From the human T2T-CHM13v2.0 reference genome, Homo sapiens: a stretch of DNA of 64,000 bases. The DNA lies in the NCBI RefSeq assembly GCF_009914755.1, contig NC_060935.1. The stretch is one strand, 5' to 3'. Position 1 is the first letter of the stretch; each line of letters starts with the position of its first letter. This document shows, piece by piece, positions 1 through 13,320 of the stretch. The notes below the pieces were generated by a model. That model searched no databases and had not been told where the DNA came from. It was given only the letters and a program-made list of their open reading frames with translations. The position numbers were made by a program, and so were the translations under genes.

Positions 1-256
1 CAAATAAGGAAGAGGAATAGGCTATGACCTAATGCTTGGACCACTTCAGTCATGCCAGGGCAAATATCTAGGCTAAAATATGGGAGTTAAGAACACAGAG
101 TATATTGATTTCTTTATTACAGCTAGCAAATATTTAAGAATATTAGCACAGGTGTTTGAGTAAATTTTGCTTCTAAGAGAGGTTATTATCTATTCTCAGT
201 TGGACTGGGAGGAAAGTCCCTTTGAAGAGGAACCTCTACTTATTTCATTTTCTACA
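1..256 (-). mobile_element. ERV1-class LTR, 5' part (LTR10-like, HERV-I group), runs off window start
   Basis: Minus strand starts TGTAGAAAATGAAATAAGTAGAGGTTCCTCTTCAAAGGGACTTTCCTCCC, with an LTR TG start, and matches a recalled ERV1 LTR consensus. Subfamily is uncertain. Confidence 0.65.
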
Positions 257-423
257 GTCACCCTACCAAAATGGAAAAAAAAGTGTGGCAAAAATATTTA
301 GGCTACTTAATACCTTAATATACACTATGACAGGAATGCTCAACCTTTATTTTCTGTATATATTTTGCATACAATTAACCTTCTCTTTTTTTTCGGCATT
401 TGTCCTTGATTCCTACTGACTGA

Positions 424-737
<314 letters not shown>

Positions 738-1119
738 ATTCACCTGATTTCTTTATGCATCTTTCAGGTCAGATCAGAGTCCACAGCTAACTTAGCTCAG
801 AACCAAGTAAATGGGAGTTAGAGGAACATCAGATCCTTCTCTCACTACCATTCAAGACTGAAGGGATTTAGCTGTCTCTAGCCACTCATTTCCAAATGAC
901 TTAGTTTTATCAGCAAGTACCTTTGCATACTGCCCTTGAGGGTGTAGGTTTCAAAATATTCTAAAAAACAGAAATATGATACCGCTGACTGCCTTTTTGA
1001 TTTAACTTTGCATAAAAGTGTACATAAATGCATAACATGGTGCTAGAAAAATGTGGAAGACACTGGAAATGCAAAGTCGGTGGGGGTTCTATCTAATCCT
1101 GGGTTATTGTCATAAAAAA

Positions 1120-1236
1120 TTGGTAATAATTTATTAAAAATTAAAATTACGGGACAAATATTACATTTTAAGGAACATTATAACAGCAGGTGTACATGAA
1201 TACTATCCTGGGCAAACTGAAACATACATTCTCACA
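1120..1236 (+). mobile_element. possible MER94-like hAT MITE remnant
   Basis: CGGGACA...CAGCAGGTGTA...ACTATCCTGGGCAAACTGAAACATA resembles the recalled MER94 consensus, but is highly decayed. Confidence 0.4.
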
Positions 1237-1610
1237 TTCCTCATGTAACCTAATAGCATATGCTGTTTGCTTCAATGAGAGCTAAAGGAAGAAGCACCAC
1301 TTGTCTTCTCCAAGTACAGTATTCTTATAATCAGATTCTACATAACCAAGTCTATTTGCAAAGCATTCCAGAATTATTAATTGAAGAAATAAACAGTTGG
1401 TGTCAGAGAGTAGTTACAATTAAATATTTATAAAGATTTATTAAAATAAAGTAAATGAAAGTATTCTGTTCCAAGAAAGAGAACTTAAATATAAAGTTTG
1501 TTAAACATTCCCTAAGACTAGACATTTGATCAGTCCTGCTTTCTGAACTACTTTGTATTTTTTATCTGACTAGATACTACTGGAAAGCAAAGATCTGATT
1601 TTCTATGGTT

Positions 1611-1680
1611 CTTTTTTTAAAAAAAATTTAAGTTCTGTGATACATGTGCAGAACATGCAGGTTTGTAACATAAGTATACA
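1611..1680 (-). mobile_element. very short L1PA 3' end
   Basis: TTTAAGTTCTGTGATACATGTGCAGAACATGCAGGTTTGTAACATAAGTATACA is the reverse complement of the L1PA terminus. Confidence 0.8.
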
Positions 1681-1753
1681 AGCAAACCTCTATGATTCTT
1701 AGTAAGTGTAATTGTCTTACTGCTACAGCGTTGTTGCAAGAAATGAAGATAAC

Positions 1754-2084
1754 TTCTTTCTTTCTTTCTTTCTTTTTTTTTTTTTTTTTTTTGAGTTGGA
1801 GTCCCACTCTGTCACCCAGGATGGAGTGCAGTGGTTCCATCTCGGACCAGTGCAACCTCCGACTCCCAGGTTCAAGCAATTCTCTTGCCTCAGCCTCCTG
1901 AATAGTTGGGATTACAGGCATCCACCACCATGCCTGGCTGATTATTATTATTATTTTTATTTTTAATAGAGATGGGGTTTTGCCATGTTGGCCAAGCTGG
2001 TCTCAAACTCCTGACCTCAGGTGATCTGCCTGCCTCGGCCTCCCAAAATGCTGGGATTACAGGCATGAGCCACTGCACCTGGCT
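1754..2084 (-). mobile_element. Alu (AluSx-like), full length
   Basis: Dimeric Alu with (CTTT)n/polyT tail, CTCCTGACCTCAGGTGATCTG, and an (ATT)n-expanded middle A-rich linker. Confidence 0.97.
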
Positions 2085-2879
2085 AGGAATTTCTTTACTG
2101 TAGTTGAGTTGAAAGTTAACCATGGCAGCTCTCTTTAGTTCCACATTTAAATGATGTCTTTAATGTTTAAATTATTTTAATAATAATAATACTCTATTTA
2201 TAATGCAGAGCGCTTTCAGCAATTCTTTTAGTTAATGTTTGCTTTTGTCATATTGGACCCCTCATTACAGGAAAACTAACAATTAACGATATATTAAAAT
2301 TCTTAGGTCTACTAAACTTTATTGGTAACAATTTTGTCCTTATTTTATTATTTAGTATTGCTAACCCATTGGCCTATGTATTAATTTACTAATGTTGTTT
2401 AAAGAATAGTATGGAAAGTGTTTATTTTGTCAAATCTGTAGGTATGATAATTAATGCTTATATCACAGCAAAACTTCAGTTTTGTTGGTAGTATTTTCCA
2501 TAGTTTGAGCAAATATACAAAAATACATTGAAAAAGAATAATTGGATTATGTATTTGAATTATTAGGACAATATAGTAATACATGCTAATAATTATGACT
2601 AAATAGTTTAGTCATAAGTTAAATAAAACAAAGCTTTATTTTACAACTTACAAGAGAACAAGTGAAAAAAGACTGATAATGCTTGTCGTGTTTCCCTGCA
2701 GTCAACAGGAGTCTCCCTGATAGGAATGTACAACATTGGTGATATAGAAAAAGAATGAGCGCCTAAGGATACTGAGTAATAGGAATTGAGATGAACCAAA
2801 AACATTCATAATTATAGAATTAATAATATATTTAATGTATCTTTTACATTTTGATTTATTTTTTACCAAGCATATTGTG

Positions 2880-3060
2880 TAGGATATGTAATGTTATAGG
2901 TAGTAATTACAAATGTGTAATAAATTTAATCCATAATCTCACTGATTTAATGTAACAAATATTTATTTCTTGCTTACTTTGTATGTCTGGTGAACATCTG
3001 GCAAGTACTCTGATCCACACGGTCACTCCAGCATTCAGGCTGATGGAAGTTTGTCATTTC
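2880..3060. mobile_element. old MaLR LTR fragment (MLT1K/L-like)
   Basis: AATCTCACTGATTTAATGTAACAAATATTTATTTCTTGCTTAC...CTCTGATCCACACGGTCACTC...CAGGCTGATGGA resembles MLT1. Confidence 0.5.
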
Positions 3061-3183
3061 TGTGTCAGGAAAACAAAAGACTGGAGATCATAATTTGATT
3101 TTATTTTTTTCCTGTCTCATCCCAGAAGTAAAACTTACAAAATGTAGTATTTGTAAAAATTTTAGTCTCCATGTCTCTGTGAT

Positions 3184-3188
<5 letters not shown>

Positions 3189-3224
<36 letters not shown>
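3189..3224. repeat. (AT)18 microsatellite
   Basis: Direct reading. Confidence 0.98.
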
Positions 3225-3226
<2 letters not shown>

Positions 3227-3603
3227 CAAGTGGTTTAATGTCATGTTCACATACAAAACACTTTCTGAAAGTTATAAAACTAGTAAGTAAACCTAGTGAA
3301 TAGAGATGACACTGAAACCCAAGTCTCTCTTCTCTAACATTCTCTTTCCAATATAGAACATTGCCTCAGTAGGTTGAGAAGTAATTCCAAATTTACTACC
3401 AAATGTCAACTTTCTGCTTTTATTAGAATTATTAAGAAAGATCCTTGAGGAAAGTCTATTTTTACTACATAATATAGTTCTATTACTATTTTGAAAGTAA
3501 AATTAAAAAGTGATTCTAAAAAAGAGTGTATACTTGGATACATGTTAATGTAGTCAGGTCAAGTTTTTTTTTTTTTCAGTGAGAAAGAGATAAAAGAGGT
3601 GTG

Positions 3604-3606
<3 letters not shown>

Positions 3607-3639
<33 letters not shown>
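3607..3639. repeat. (AC)16 microsatellite
   Basis: Direct reading. Confidence 0.98.
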
Positions 3640-3642
<3 letters not shown>

Positions 3643-4514
3643 TTGATTACTGTGAGGGCTATTCTCTCAAAAGGATTACTTATGCTTTCTAACTACTCTC
3701 TTTCCATTTAATTTGTTTCAATATTTGTCACGTTATAGTTATCTCCATGGTGATGAACTGTGATATTGCAAACATTAGCTAAATCAGGCTGGAGGAAAAG
3801 ATAATTGGGGAACAAAGGGCTCTTGGTCCACAGACAAATAATCTGGTACACATCAATTATGAAAAAGTTTGAAGGAAAATAAAAGAATACTATAAAAGGA
3901 TTCTAATGATCACATATGATATAAAAAGAAGAGAAAATTGAAAATTTAGCTTTCCAAAGGCCTTAGAAGTTATAAACTGAGCAATAAGCTCTCAATATAG
4001 TAGTAATCACTATCTTTTTAGGATATTGGCAATGCTTCAGATAATAAGGAAATCCATGTCATTTTTGATTGGATAAGAAGAATGATATATTTTTGAGATA
4101 CTTACAGAGACATAAGAAATGTAAATAAATAAGAATAGTTTTTTTTTTCTTTTAAACCTCACAAGGTTAATTTCGTTGTATTGCTTTATTTAATGGATTA
4201 AGGGAAATCCATTAGTCAGTTTATCTGTTCAAATTTCAGAAGTCATTATGGAGACACTCTCCCCTTTTTCTTTTTGAAATTTACTATGTTTGTGTTACCT
4301 GCAGTAGAATCCCATATGCAAACAATTAAAATATATTGTACCATATATTAAAAGATAAATGTTCTTCGTTCCCTATTTCCTCCAGGAAAGTATTATTAGT
4401 GCCCTTGCCAGAGAGGTATTTTAGACAAACTTTCCTGATTCTATTAAAAGGTAAGCCCTTTAATCACCTTTGACACCCTCCATTCCAATATATCAAATCC
4501 CTGAAAATTATGCA

Positions 4515-4585
4515 TTTATGTATTCAACTACTAAATGAATATTTGCTGAGTTTCCAGTATGTATAGGCACAATTCTAGTGTTTAT
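4515..4585 (-). mobile_element. L2 3' end fragment
   Basis: ATTCAAC...ATATTTGCTGAG...TATGTATAGGCACAATTCTAG, the L2 tail motif. Confidence 0.6.
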
Positions 4586-5727
4586 CTTCCATAGTATAAG
4601 GAGAGTCAGTAAGTTGACATTATATTTAAAAGTCCTCTAAAATACCATTCCAATATATGTTTATACAATATACTTTCTCTCCACAAACACATATTCCTAC
4701 AAAACACAGACATATGAAATCATACCTTCAAATCACATTTTAGAGTCAGTATGTACTTTTTAAAACTTTTATTTTAAGTTCAGGGTACATGTACAGGTTT
4801 GTTATATAGGTAAACTTGTGTCGGGGGCGGGGGTTTGTACAGATTATTTTGTGACCCAGACAGATATTAAACCTAATACCCATTAATTGTATTTCCTGAT
4901 CCTCTCTCTTCTCCCACCCTCCACCCTCTGATAGGCCCCAGCGTCTTTTATTCTGCTCGGTGTGTCCCTATGTTCTCATTTGGCTACCACTTATAAATGA
5001 GAACAGGTGTTATTTGATTTTCTGTTCCTGTGTTAGTTTGCTAAGAATAATGGCCTCCAAGCTAGATCCATATTCTTCTTTTTATGTCTGCATATTATTT
5101 CATGGTGTATATGTACCACATTTTATTTATCCAGTCTACCATTGATGGGCATTTAGGTCTATTCCATGTCTTGGCTATTGTAAATAGTGCTGCAGTGAAC
5201 ATTTGTGTGCATGTGTCTTTATAACAAAATGATTTCTATTCCTTTGGGTATATACCCAGTAATGGGATTACTGGGTCAAATGGTGGTTATATTTTTAGGT
5301 CTTGGTGGAATTGCCACACAGTTTTCCACAATGGTTGAACTATTTACACTCCTGATAGTGTATAAGCATTCCTTTTCCTCTGCAATCTCACCAGCACCTA
5401 TTATTTTTTGACTTTTTAATAATAGCCATTCTAACTAGTATGAGATGGTATCTCATTGTGGTTTTGTTTTGTGTTTCTCTAATGATCAGCGATGTTGAGT
5501 TTTTTTTTCATATTCTTGTTGGCTGCTGTATGTCTTCTTTTGAAAAGTATCTGTCCATGTCCCTTGCCACTTTTTAATGGGATTGTTGTGGTTTTTGTTT
5601 TTTTCTTTTTCTTGTAAATTTGTTGAAGTTCTTTTTACATGCTGGTTCCTAGACGTTTGTAAGATACATGGTTTGCAAAAATTTTCTCCCATTCTGTAGG
5701 TGGTCTGTTTACTCTATTGAAAATTTT

Positions 5728-5766
5728 GTGGTGGTGGTGGTGGTGGTGGTGGTGGTGGTGGTGGTG
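5728..5766. repeat. (GTG)13 trinucleotide repeat inside L1
   Basis: Direct reading. Confidence 0.97.
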
Positions 5767-5863
5767 CAGAAGCTTCTTTGTTTAATTAGATCTCATATGT
5801 CAACTTTTGCTTTTATTTGCAATTGCTTTTGGCATCTTTGTTATGAAACATTTGCCCATCTCT

Positions 5864-6156
5864 TTTTTTTTTTTTTTTTTTTTTTTGAGACGGAGTCTCG
5901 CTGTCGCCCAGGCTGGAGTGCAGTGGCGCGATCTCGGCTCACGTCCCCCAGGGTTCACGCCATTCTCCTGCCTCAGCCTCCTGAGTAGCTGGGACTACAG
6001 GCGCCTGCCACCTCGCCCAGCTAATTTTTTGTATTTTTAGTAGAGACAGGGTTTCACCGTGTTAGTCAGGATGGCCTCGATTCCCTGACCTCATGATCCG
6101 CCCGCCTCGGCCTCCCAAAGTGCTGGGATTACAGGCATGAGCCACCGCGCCCAGCC
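5864..6156 (-). mobile_element. AluY-like element nested in L1
   Basis: CpG-rich Alu, pure polyT tail, 15 bp TSD CATTTGCCCAT(C/T)TCT at 5849-5863 and 6157-6171. Confidence 0.97.
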
Positions 6157-7099
6157 CATTTGCCCATTTCTATATCAAGAAAGAGATTGCCTAGGTTGTC
6201 TTTCAGGGTTTTTACAGCTTTGAGATTTACATTTAAGTCTTTAATCCATCCTGCGTTATTTTTTTTTATATGGTATGAAGAAGGGATACAGTTTCAGTCT
6301 TCTCTATATGCCTAGCCAATTATCTCAGCCCCATTTTATTGCTTGTTTCGGTCAGCTTTGTTTAATATCAGATAGCTGTAGGTATGTGGCCTTATTTTTG
6401 GGCTCTTGATTCTGCTCCAGTAGTATTGGTGCCTGTTTTTGTACCAGTACTATGCTGTTTTGGTTTCTGTAGCCCTGTAGTATAGTTTGACATGAGATGG
6501 TATGATGCTTTTAGCTTTATTCTTTTGGCTTAGGGTTGCCTTGGCTATTTGGGCTCCTTTTTTGTTCCATATGATTTTTAAAATGTTTTCTAGTTCTATG
6601 AAGGATGTAATTGGTAGTTTGATAGAAATAGCATTGAATCCATAAATTGCTTTGGGCAGTATGGGCATTTTAATATTGATTCTTCCTATCCATGAACATG
6701 GAATGTTCTCCCATCTATTTGTGTCATCTTTAACTTCTTTGAGCAATGTTTTGCAGTCCTCCTTGTAGAAATCTTTTACCTCCTTGGTTAGCTGTATTCC
6801 TAGGTATGTTATTCTTTGTGGCAATAGTGAATGGGATTGCATTCTGGATTTGGCTCTCAGTTTGACTGTTGTTGGAGTATAAGAATGCTAGTAATTTTGG
6901 TACATTGATTTTGTATCGTGGGATTTTGCTAAAGTTTTTTGTCAGCTTAAGGAGCTTTGGGGCTGAGACTATGGCATTGTCTAGATATAGATCATGCCAT
7001 CTGCAAACAGGGGTACTTTGACTTCCTCTCTTTCTACTTGGGTGACCTTTATTTCTTTCTCTTGTTTCACTAAAACGGTTGTCAAAGTAATTACCGATG

Positions 7100-7990
7100 A
7101 CAGCTGTAGGCTTCAATCCAAGGAACATATTTCTGTACTTACCTTACTCAGGTCTTCCTTTTTGAGTTACTTTTCCACTGGCCTCCTAGGTAACATGCCC
7201 TTTTAACTTTCTTCCCACTCTGTCTGCTACTTCTAAAACTCTGTCGCAGAATTATTAGTGTTGGCGTTACTCAACCCTCAATCTTAGAGCCACAGTACTT
7301 TTCATTCCATACACAAATAACTCACAATCTACTGTGTTTAGCACAAAATCTCCTCTGATTCACTGACCTATATTTTCAAGTATCTGCTGAAATTTAGTGG
7401 CTGAACTGCACTTCAAACTCAATATGTTGAACTCAGATGTTCTTATCTATTATTATTCCATGGCTTCTTATCTTCATCAGAGAAGTATACCCTCTTCTAT
7501 TCAAACAGCAAATCAAAGACCTAAAAATGTTATTTTAGACTTCTTTTTACCTTCACTCAACATACCAAAATCTATCTTCAATTTCTATTACTTTACTTCC
7601 AAATAGTCTTCAAATTCAGTTGCTTACCTCTGTGTTTTCAGTGCCAAACTCACTAGTCCAAGTAGCCATTAACTTTTGACTAGAGCTTGGCAAAAAAATA
7701 ATAACATGTTTTTCTGCATAAATTCTATTTTTCTTTCCTAGTTGTCCTCCATAATGCTGCCAGGGTAATCTGTTCACAACACAAAACTACTTATATTATA
7801 TTCCTGTTTAAAGTGGCTCACTACTGTTTTGAGGAAGATATAAATATGTAACTTGGCCATAAAATAAAGACTTCCTCCTTCTCAGCATCAACATATATTA
7901 TTCCACTTTGCTTTGTTTTTTAAATTAGCCTCCTCTAACATTTTTTCATCTGCCATGCTTTCTCTCTATTTCACATCTTTGGAAATCTAT
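7100..7990 (+). mobile_element. L2 fragment
   Basis: Pyrimidine-rich, with L2 motifs CTTCAAACTCAATATGTTGAACTCAGA, CTAGTCCAAGTAGCCATT and CTGCCAGGGTAATCT. Confidence 0.7.
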
Positions 7991-8121
7991 GGCATGGATG
8001 GTTGTGATCATAGAATGACATGATTAACAGCATGGTATTGAATAACAGAGACATGTGTGAATCTGTGATATATTTACTTGGTTTATAATTTAAAGGAAAT
8101 GCCTTATGTTCTTTTTTCTCT

Positions 8122-8240
8122 CTTTTTTTTTAGAGATGAGGTCTTACTAAGTTATCTAGGCTGCCTCAAACTCCTGGGCTCAAGTGATCCTCCCACCTCA
8201 GCCACATGAGTAGCTGAGACTACACCACTGCACTTGGCTT
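8122..8240 (-). mobile_element. FLAM (Alu left monomer)
   Basis: TAGAGATGAGGTCTTACT...CTCCTGGGCTCAAGTGATCCTCCCACCTCAGCC, single monomer. Confidence 0.88.
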
Positions 8241-8970
8241 CTTATCATTTTTAAGCTTTAATTACTTTATTATAGAAATGGACTTAGTAGTAATATTAAC
8301 TTTATAGGTTTCCTGGGTATATTAAATAATGATTTTAAAAATAACGAGCTAAAATTCAACATGTCAGTCACTGGTTTTGTGCATTTTGACAAGTCATATA
8401 TCATTTTTAGATATATTAGTATCCTAATCAGTAATAGAATGTTGGGCTGCATATATTATATAGTGGATGTATTAATGTTGATATGAAGTTCTTATTAATG
8501 TTAAAAAGTATTGGCTAAAAGTAGAAAATAATCTTTTCCCCTTTTGACTTCAGTTTTTTGGCAAATAGTTATTTTTGAATAGTACCATTACCAAATTCAG
8601 ATAAATTGAATGTTGGAAAGTTAGAAAATTTTGTGCCTTAGTTTAATCAGTGCCCCAGAAACTTACTATGCATTTTAATTATCTTAGGATATTTTAAAAA
8701 TACAAAAACTAATTTATTTAATCAAGAGTGGTTTTCAAAATTCTACATTTCCAGCCATCTCCCAGATGATGCTGTGATTCCTACCTTTAATTTACCTTTT
8801 AGTCATAGTAGTATAGATGGATAGATAACATATTATCAATATTAATCAATCTTTGAACATTTGAACATGGTGTATTTCCTAACTATATTATGTTGTAAGA
8901 AAAAAATAAGTATAAGTCATATGAGTATCCTTCCCATCATGGTAATTAAAAAGGAAGATTAATTTTTTTT

Positions 8971-9260
8971 GGCCAGACACGGTGAGTCATGCCTCTAATC
9001 TCAGCTCTTTGGGAGGCCCAGGCAGGGGCATTGCTCGAGCCCAGGAGTTAGAGACCAGCCTGGGCAACAAAGTGAGACCTCGTCTCTACTTAAAATAAAT
9101 AAATAAGCCAGACATGGTGGCACACACCTGTAGTACCAGCTACTTTGGAAGCTGAGGTGGGAAGATCACATGAGCCTGGTCAATTGATGCTGCAGTGAGC
9201 TGTGATTGCACTACAGCACTCCAGCCTGGGTGACAAAACAAGACCCTGACAAAAAAAAAT
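8971..9260 (+). mobile_element. AluJ-like, full length
   Basis: GGCCAGACACGGTG...GAGCCCAGGAGTT...CAGTGAGCTGTGATTG, with TSD-like AGATTAA(T/C)TTTTT on both sides. Confidence 0.95.
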
Positions 9261-10014
9261 AGATTAACTTTTTAATGGAAGAAATTTTATTGAAAAAATT
9301 TAAATTGTTGTGATTGGTGCAAATCAAATGGACAGTTGCATCATGCTATATACATTGTAGATATGCAGTAAGCACTTAAAATGGGAATTCAATAAATGGA
9401 TAGATTTTTACTGGCATTAATAATTAGGATAGGATTAAGAAGATTTGAGTTGAGATTTGGTGGATAGGTAGATATGATTCTTTACACACACAAAAAAGGA
9501 AAATTTGGGATACAAAATAACTTTGAACAAAGTCACAGAAGCGAGAATGAAATTGGTACATGTAGAAATATCAGGGGGAGTTCAAGTGAATTTACAGAAC
9601 GTGGAAAAATTTGGTTCTATGCAGCATAGAGCTTATAAAGATTTGGTTCTCGGCAGCAGTGTTTTGACATGCTAGTAAGTCTTGGTGTGTTATGTGCAAT
9701 TTGCTACTTAGATGGTTTTAAGTACTCAATATTCATGTCATATAAATTAAGGTAAGGTCAGCATTCAATATTATTTGTAGAATAACAATATTCAGTTGCA
9801 TGTCAATTCTATTCCTTGAATTCCAGAGGAAAATGGAGCAATGGCTGGCATTTCATGGAATTTCATATTGGGAAGTATGTCACATAGACAAATGTCGGGT
9901 TGGCTTTAGCTCAAGCCATTGCTTCTTCATGCCAGACTTTCCATCTGTCATAGGTGAATGTCATTGCTTACATATGTAATAGCAGTATAAAACTTAGACT
10001 GCTCTGTGGTGGAG

Positions 10015-10073
10015 ACTAATGCCTGACACATAGTAGGGACTCAAAAAATACTCGCTGATTGAATGAAAGAATG
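10015..10073 (+). mobile_element. L2 3' end
   Basis: GCCTGACACATAGTAGGGACTCAAAAAATACTCGCTGATTGAATGAAAGAATG. Confidence 0.8.
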
Positions 10074-11952
10074 TCCACATATTAGGCAGGATGGGCTCTG
10101 AATACAGAAATTCTTCATGCTAAAGCATAGTATTAGTTGTAATAACTTTTGATAGGAAAGTGTATATTGATATTGCCTTATTTTGTGGGAAGAACCACAC
10201 ACATTTATTAAAAATTCTGTCTTATTACCAACCACATTTAATAATAAAAAGATTAGGATAACTGAGCAGGTAAATTAATATTTTCAGAAAGACAATCCTT
10301 ATCTGGAGCCCCTATATCTTTGACATATATGAGCAATTTTAATGCTGTAATCTTCCAAATCCTGAAAGGCAGGATTATCTGAGAGACTGTGCAACAGTTT
10401 ACTTAAGGAAACACTAATATTTAGATGCATTCCAGGTTCCATTGGAAGGATCTCTCATTCAATTAAGCATCACTAATGTACCAATTGTTTTCCTGATTGA
10501 AAATACAAGTATTTATATTCTCTCATGCTTCAACGCATCTGTTGCCCCAAGTACCAATGTGATACTGTTCAAATTAAATTAGAATTTCAATATTGCCACC
10601 ATTTTTATGTCACTTCTAAACTAGCAATGTAATTATATACACCTTTCTTCTGGTATTTATTATTAATAAGGAGATAATAAAGTGGGTGATTAAGCATTTG
10701 CCAGTTGCTTCTGTAATCACTGGACCAGCCTGAGGGGAATAGGTTCAATAACATGTCACCAAAAGGATAAAATCTTAATGAGTCATTAACTAGTGATGGA
10801 ATTGTGAGGCACAGATCAGATAGAGTTATTTTCTTGGCCATAGAAGGGAGAGTTGAGGCTGAGAAAATAATTCATATGACATTTCATAAGAGAAATGAAT
10901 ACATAGACTCTAATTCTAGATTTTTTAATTTTCTCACCTTCAGATGCTCTGAAATATAGGTGAATTATCTTCCCCTTTATCATGAAATACGTTAAGTACG
11001 AATTATTTAGGAAACAATAATTCCAAACATCTTTGTACCTTTGAATCTGTTCATTCTAATTAACACAACAGTTATCTTGTCTAACAACTTCCTAGTTTTG
11101 AGTCCCTTAGTAGTTTTTTGTCTTCCATTGCAAAGCAGATAGGTTACCAAAAGTAACAACCACTTCTCAATTTTTATGTCCTTTAATTCATGTGGGTTAG
11201 AAATATATTTATATACTTATCAAGATGGTTGATGTAGTGCAGATTCTATTGTAGCCTCTACAACTCAAGTCACTTGAGTTACTGAAAGATTAATTCCCAG
11301 TTGGCATGAGGGGCACAGCTTGTGTCCTTGTGGTACATAAATGACAGTGCCCTAGGAGAATCCCTAAGATATGACTACTCTTTTAGGTAGCCAGCCAAAT
11401 CATTAATGAAACTTATAAACCTAGCCTTAGATACCAGCTGGAGGATTTAATGGCCTCTGACTAACGGAGGGTAAAAAGAATCACAACCAGTCTGGCTGCT
11501 ACATGGCTGGAAAAACATTTGTAGGTCCTAGGGAGATTGTCTTAGAGAGTATTGAGGAGTGGCATGATGGCATATTTTAAATAATTTACCTGGGAGACTT
11601 CGCTTGTAAGAAAGATAAATAAAAATCACTTTAGAGAGAGTGTTTTTGAGGATCTTTATTAAGCTCAAGAGAGAAAAAAACTGTCAAAGTAATGGAGACT
11701 TCAAACGTGAATTTTCTACTATGTGAGATAGTATGCTTCCCTATCTTTATTTTTAAAAGCATGAATGATTACTTATCAGAGATGTAATTTTTGTGATTTT
11801 TGCATTTTATATTAAATATCTTGTGTTCTGCATAAGATTGTTCTGGTAATCAAGTGACTTAATACACATAAATCACATAGAACAGCCTCTGCGACATAGA
11901 AAATGCTTAAAACTGGTAGTATTCAACTCTTCTATTATCAATAATTTTATAA

Positions 11953-12104
11953 CTGTGTTTTATCAATTATGTGATACAATATTTTTTCATAGTGCATACA
12001 CTGTCAAATTGAGTTGTGTCTTAAACAGCAGCATTTATTTTCTTTTTTGGTAATATGTAAAATAATAATCTCTTTAAATCAATGGTAGCTTGCATAAAAT
12101 ATGC
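11953..12104. mobile_element. possible MER104-like TcMar MITE
   Basis: Decayed match to the recalled MER104 layout (...GTGTCTTAAAC...TTTTCTTTTTTGGTAATATGTAAAATAAT...ATCAATGG). Confidence 0.4.
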
Positions 12105-12889
12105 TATTAAGTTTATTTGTCTTAATACCTGACAATATTTAACTTTCCCTTTGAGATAACACTACCCCACTAATAGCCACCTGTTCAGGAATTCTAATGT
12201 TGGATGATATTTATGCAAAAGTTTCCCTGATCATTCTGGAAGTTTCACCTGGCCCAGGGCCAGTCACTCCATAACTTGTCCAGTGACTATGAGGTAGGCA
12301 CCAGAAAAGAGCTATGCTAAATACTAGCCATGTAAATTTGACTGTTTTCTCTATCATTTGGTACATAGGCAGCTTGCTCAGGAGTAGAAAATGAATGAAA
12401 CAAATGAATAGAGAGGAATATGGATGCTATAAGAAAGAAAGACTGTGAATGTAATTTATTCCTAGAGCTAGGTTCTTTCCTGTTCTGAGGATTAATAAGA
12501 CTATAATCTTTAAGATATGTCTAACATCTGTCTAGTTAGGGAAAAAATGTATCAATATCAATCACAAATATAAAGTATATATGTCTGAATTGAAAATGAA
12601 TTCAAGAAGAATTAAAGATTTAGCAATACCAAGAAGACTTGGAAGAATATCCCCAAAGCAAACCTCTCTTAACAGTTTGGAGGTTTTTATGTTGGTGAGA
12701 AGGGTCTCAACAAGTTAATTATTCGTCGTAAGTTCACCATTTTAATAACTGGAGATATTATTAGTCTTGGAAACGTAACCATTATTATCAAGATTTTATG
12801 ATCACTGAATTTCTCATAGAATGATTGTAAAATGTTTTGCTGACTGATGAAGAGATTCTTTAGAAATATGAGAATGTGACATATCTCTG

Positions 12890-13320
12890 TACTAGAGACT
12901 GCTATATGCACCCCATATTCATTCCCTACTGTTTTATTGTAATAGAACTTTCAGCTTTAAATTCTTTTTTGACAAAACCTCTATTACAATAAAGTAGAGA
13001 ATGAATATGGGGTGCATAGACATCCAGGCAGAGATTACATTTTCATTTTCCTTGCTATTAGGAAACCGTATGACTAAGTTTTGCTTTAGGGATATGAACA
13101 GAAATGATATATGATACTTCTGTGTCACTTGTATATCAATAAGTTGTTTACTCTACTTTTTTCATCTGGTGAAATATGGAGCTGAAATGAAAGCCAGCAT
13201 TTATTATTCAGGTAAGAGGAATACTCTAGTGAATATAGAACAAGACATAAGGAAGGTAAGTCCTTAGATGACTTCATGCGATAGAGATTCCCTTTTAATC
13301 TTGGTCTCTACCTTGGCTTC
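12890..13320 (+). mobile_element. old ERVL-type LTR (LTR33-like) with internal inverted duplication
   Basis: CCCCATATTCATTCCCTACT...GATTACATTTTC...CCTTGC..TTAGG...ATGACTAAGTTTTG...GGGATATGAACAGAAATGA resembles LTR33. Confidence 0.6.

Larger units (their letters stand above)
4757..7066 (-). mobile_element. 5'-truncated L1 (old L1PA, ~L1PA13-16): 3'UTR plus C-terminal ORF2, interrupted by an Alu
   Basis: L1PA 3' terminus at 4757. Minus ORF 6450-6842 gives [18 protein letters not shown]...[34 protein letters not shown] (ORF2p), with frameshifts. Confidence 0.96.

Noticed and set aside
25-62. p53 response element in LTR10-like LTR
   Set aside because: Minus strand reads TGGCATGACT GAAGTGGTCC. 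The second half-site lacks the core C, so the site appears degraded.
2593-2617. 11 bp-arm hairpin TTATGACTAAA-TAG-TTTAGTCATAA
   Set aside because: Real, but short and AT-rich, with no context suggesting function.
6450-7128. 130 and 132 aa minus ORFs as genes
   Set aside because: Frameshifted remnants of L1 ORF2 in a 5'-truncated copy.
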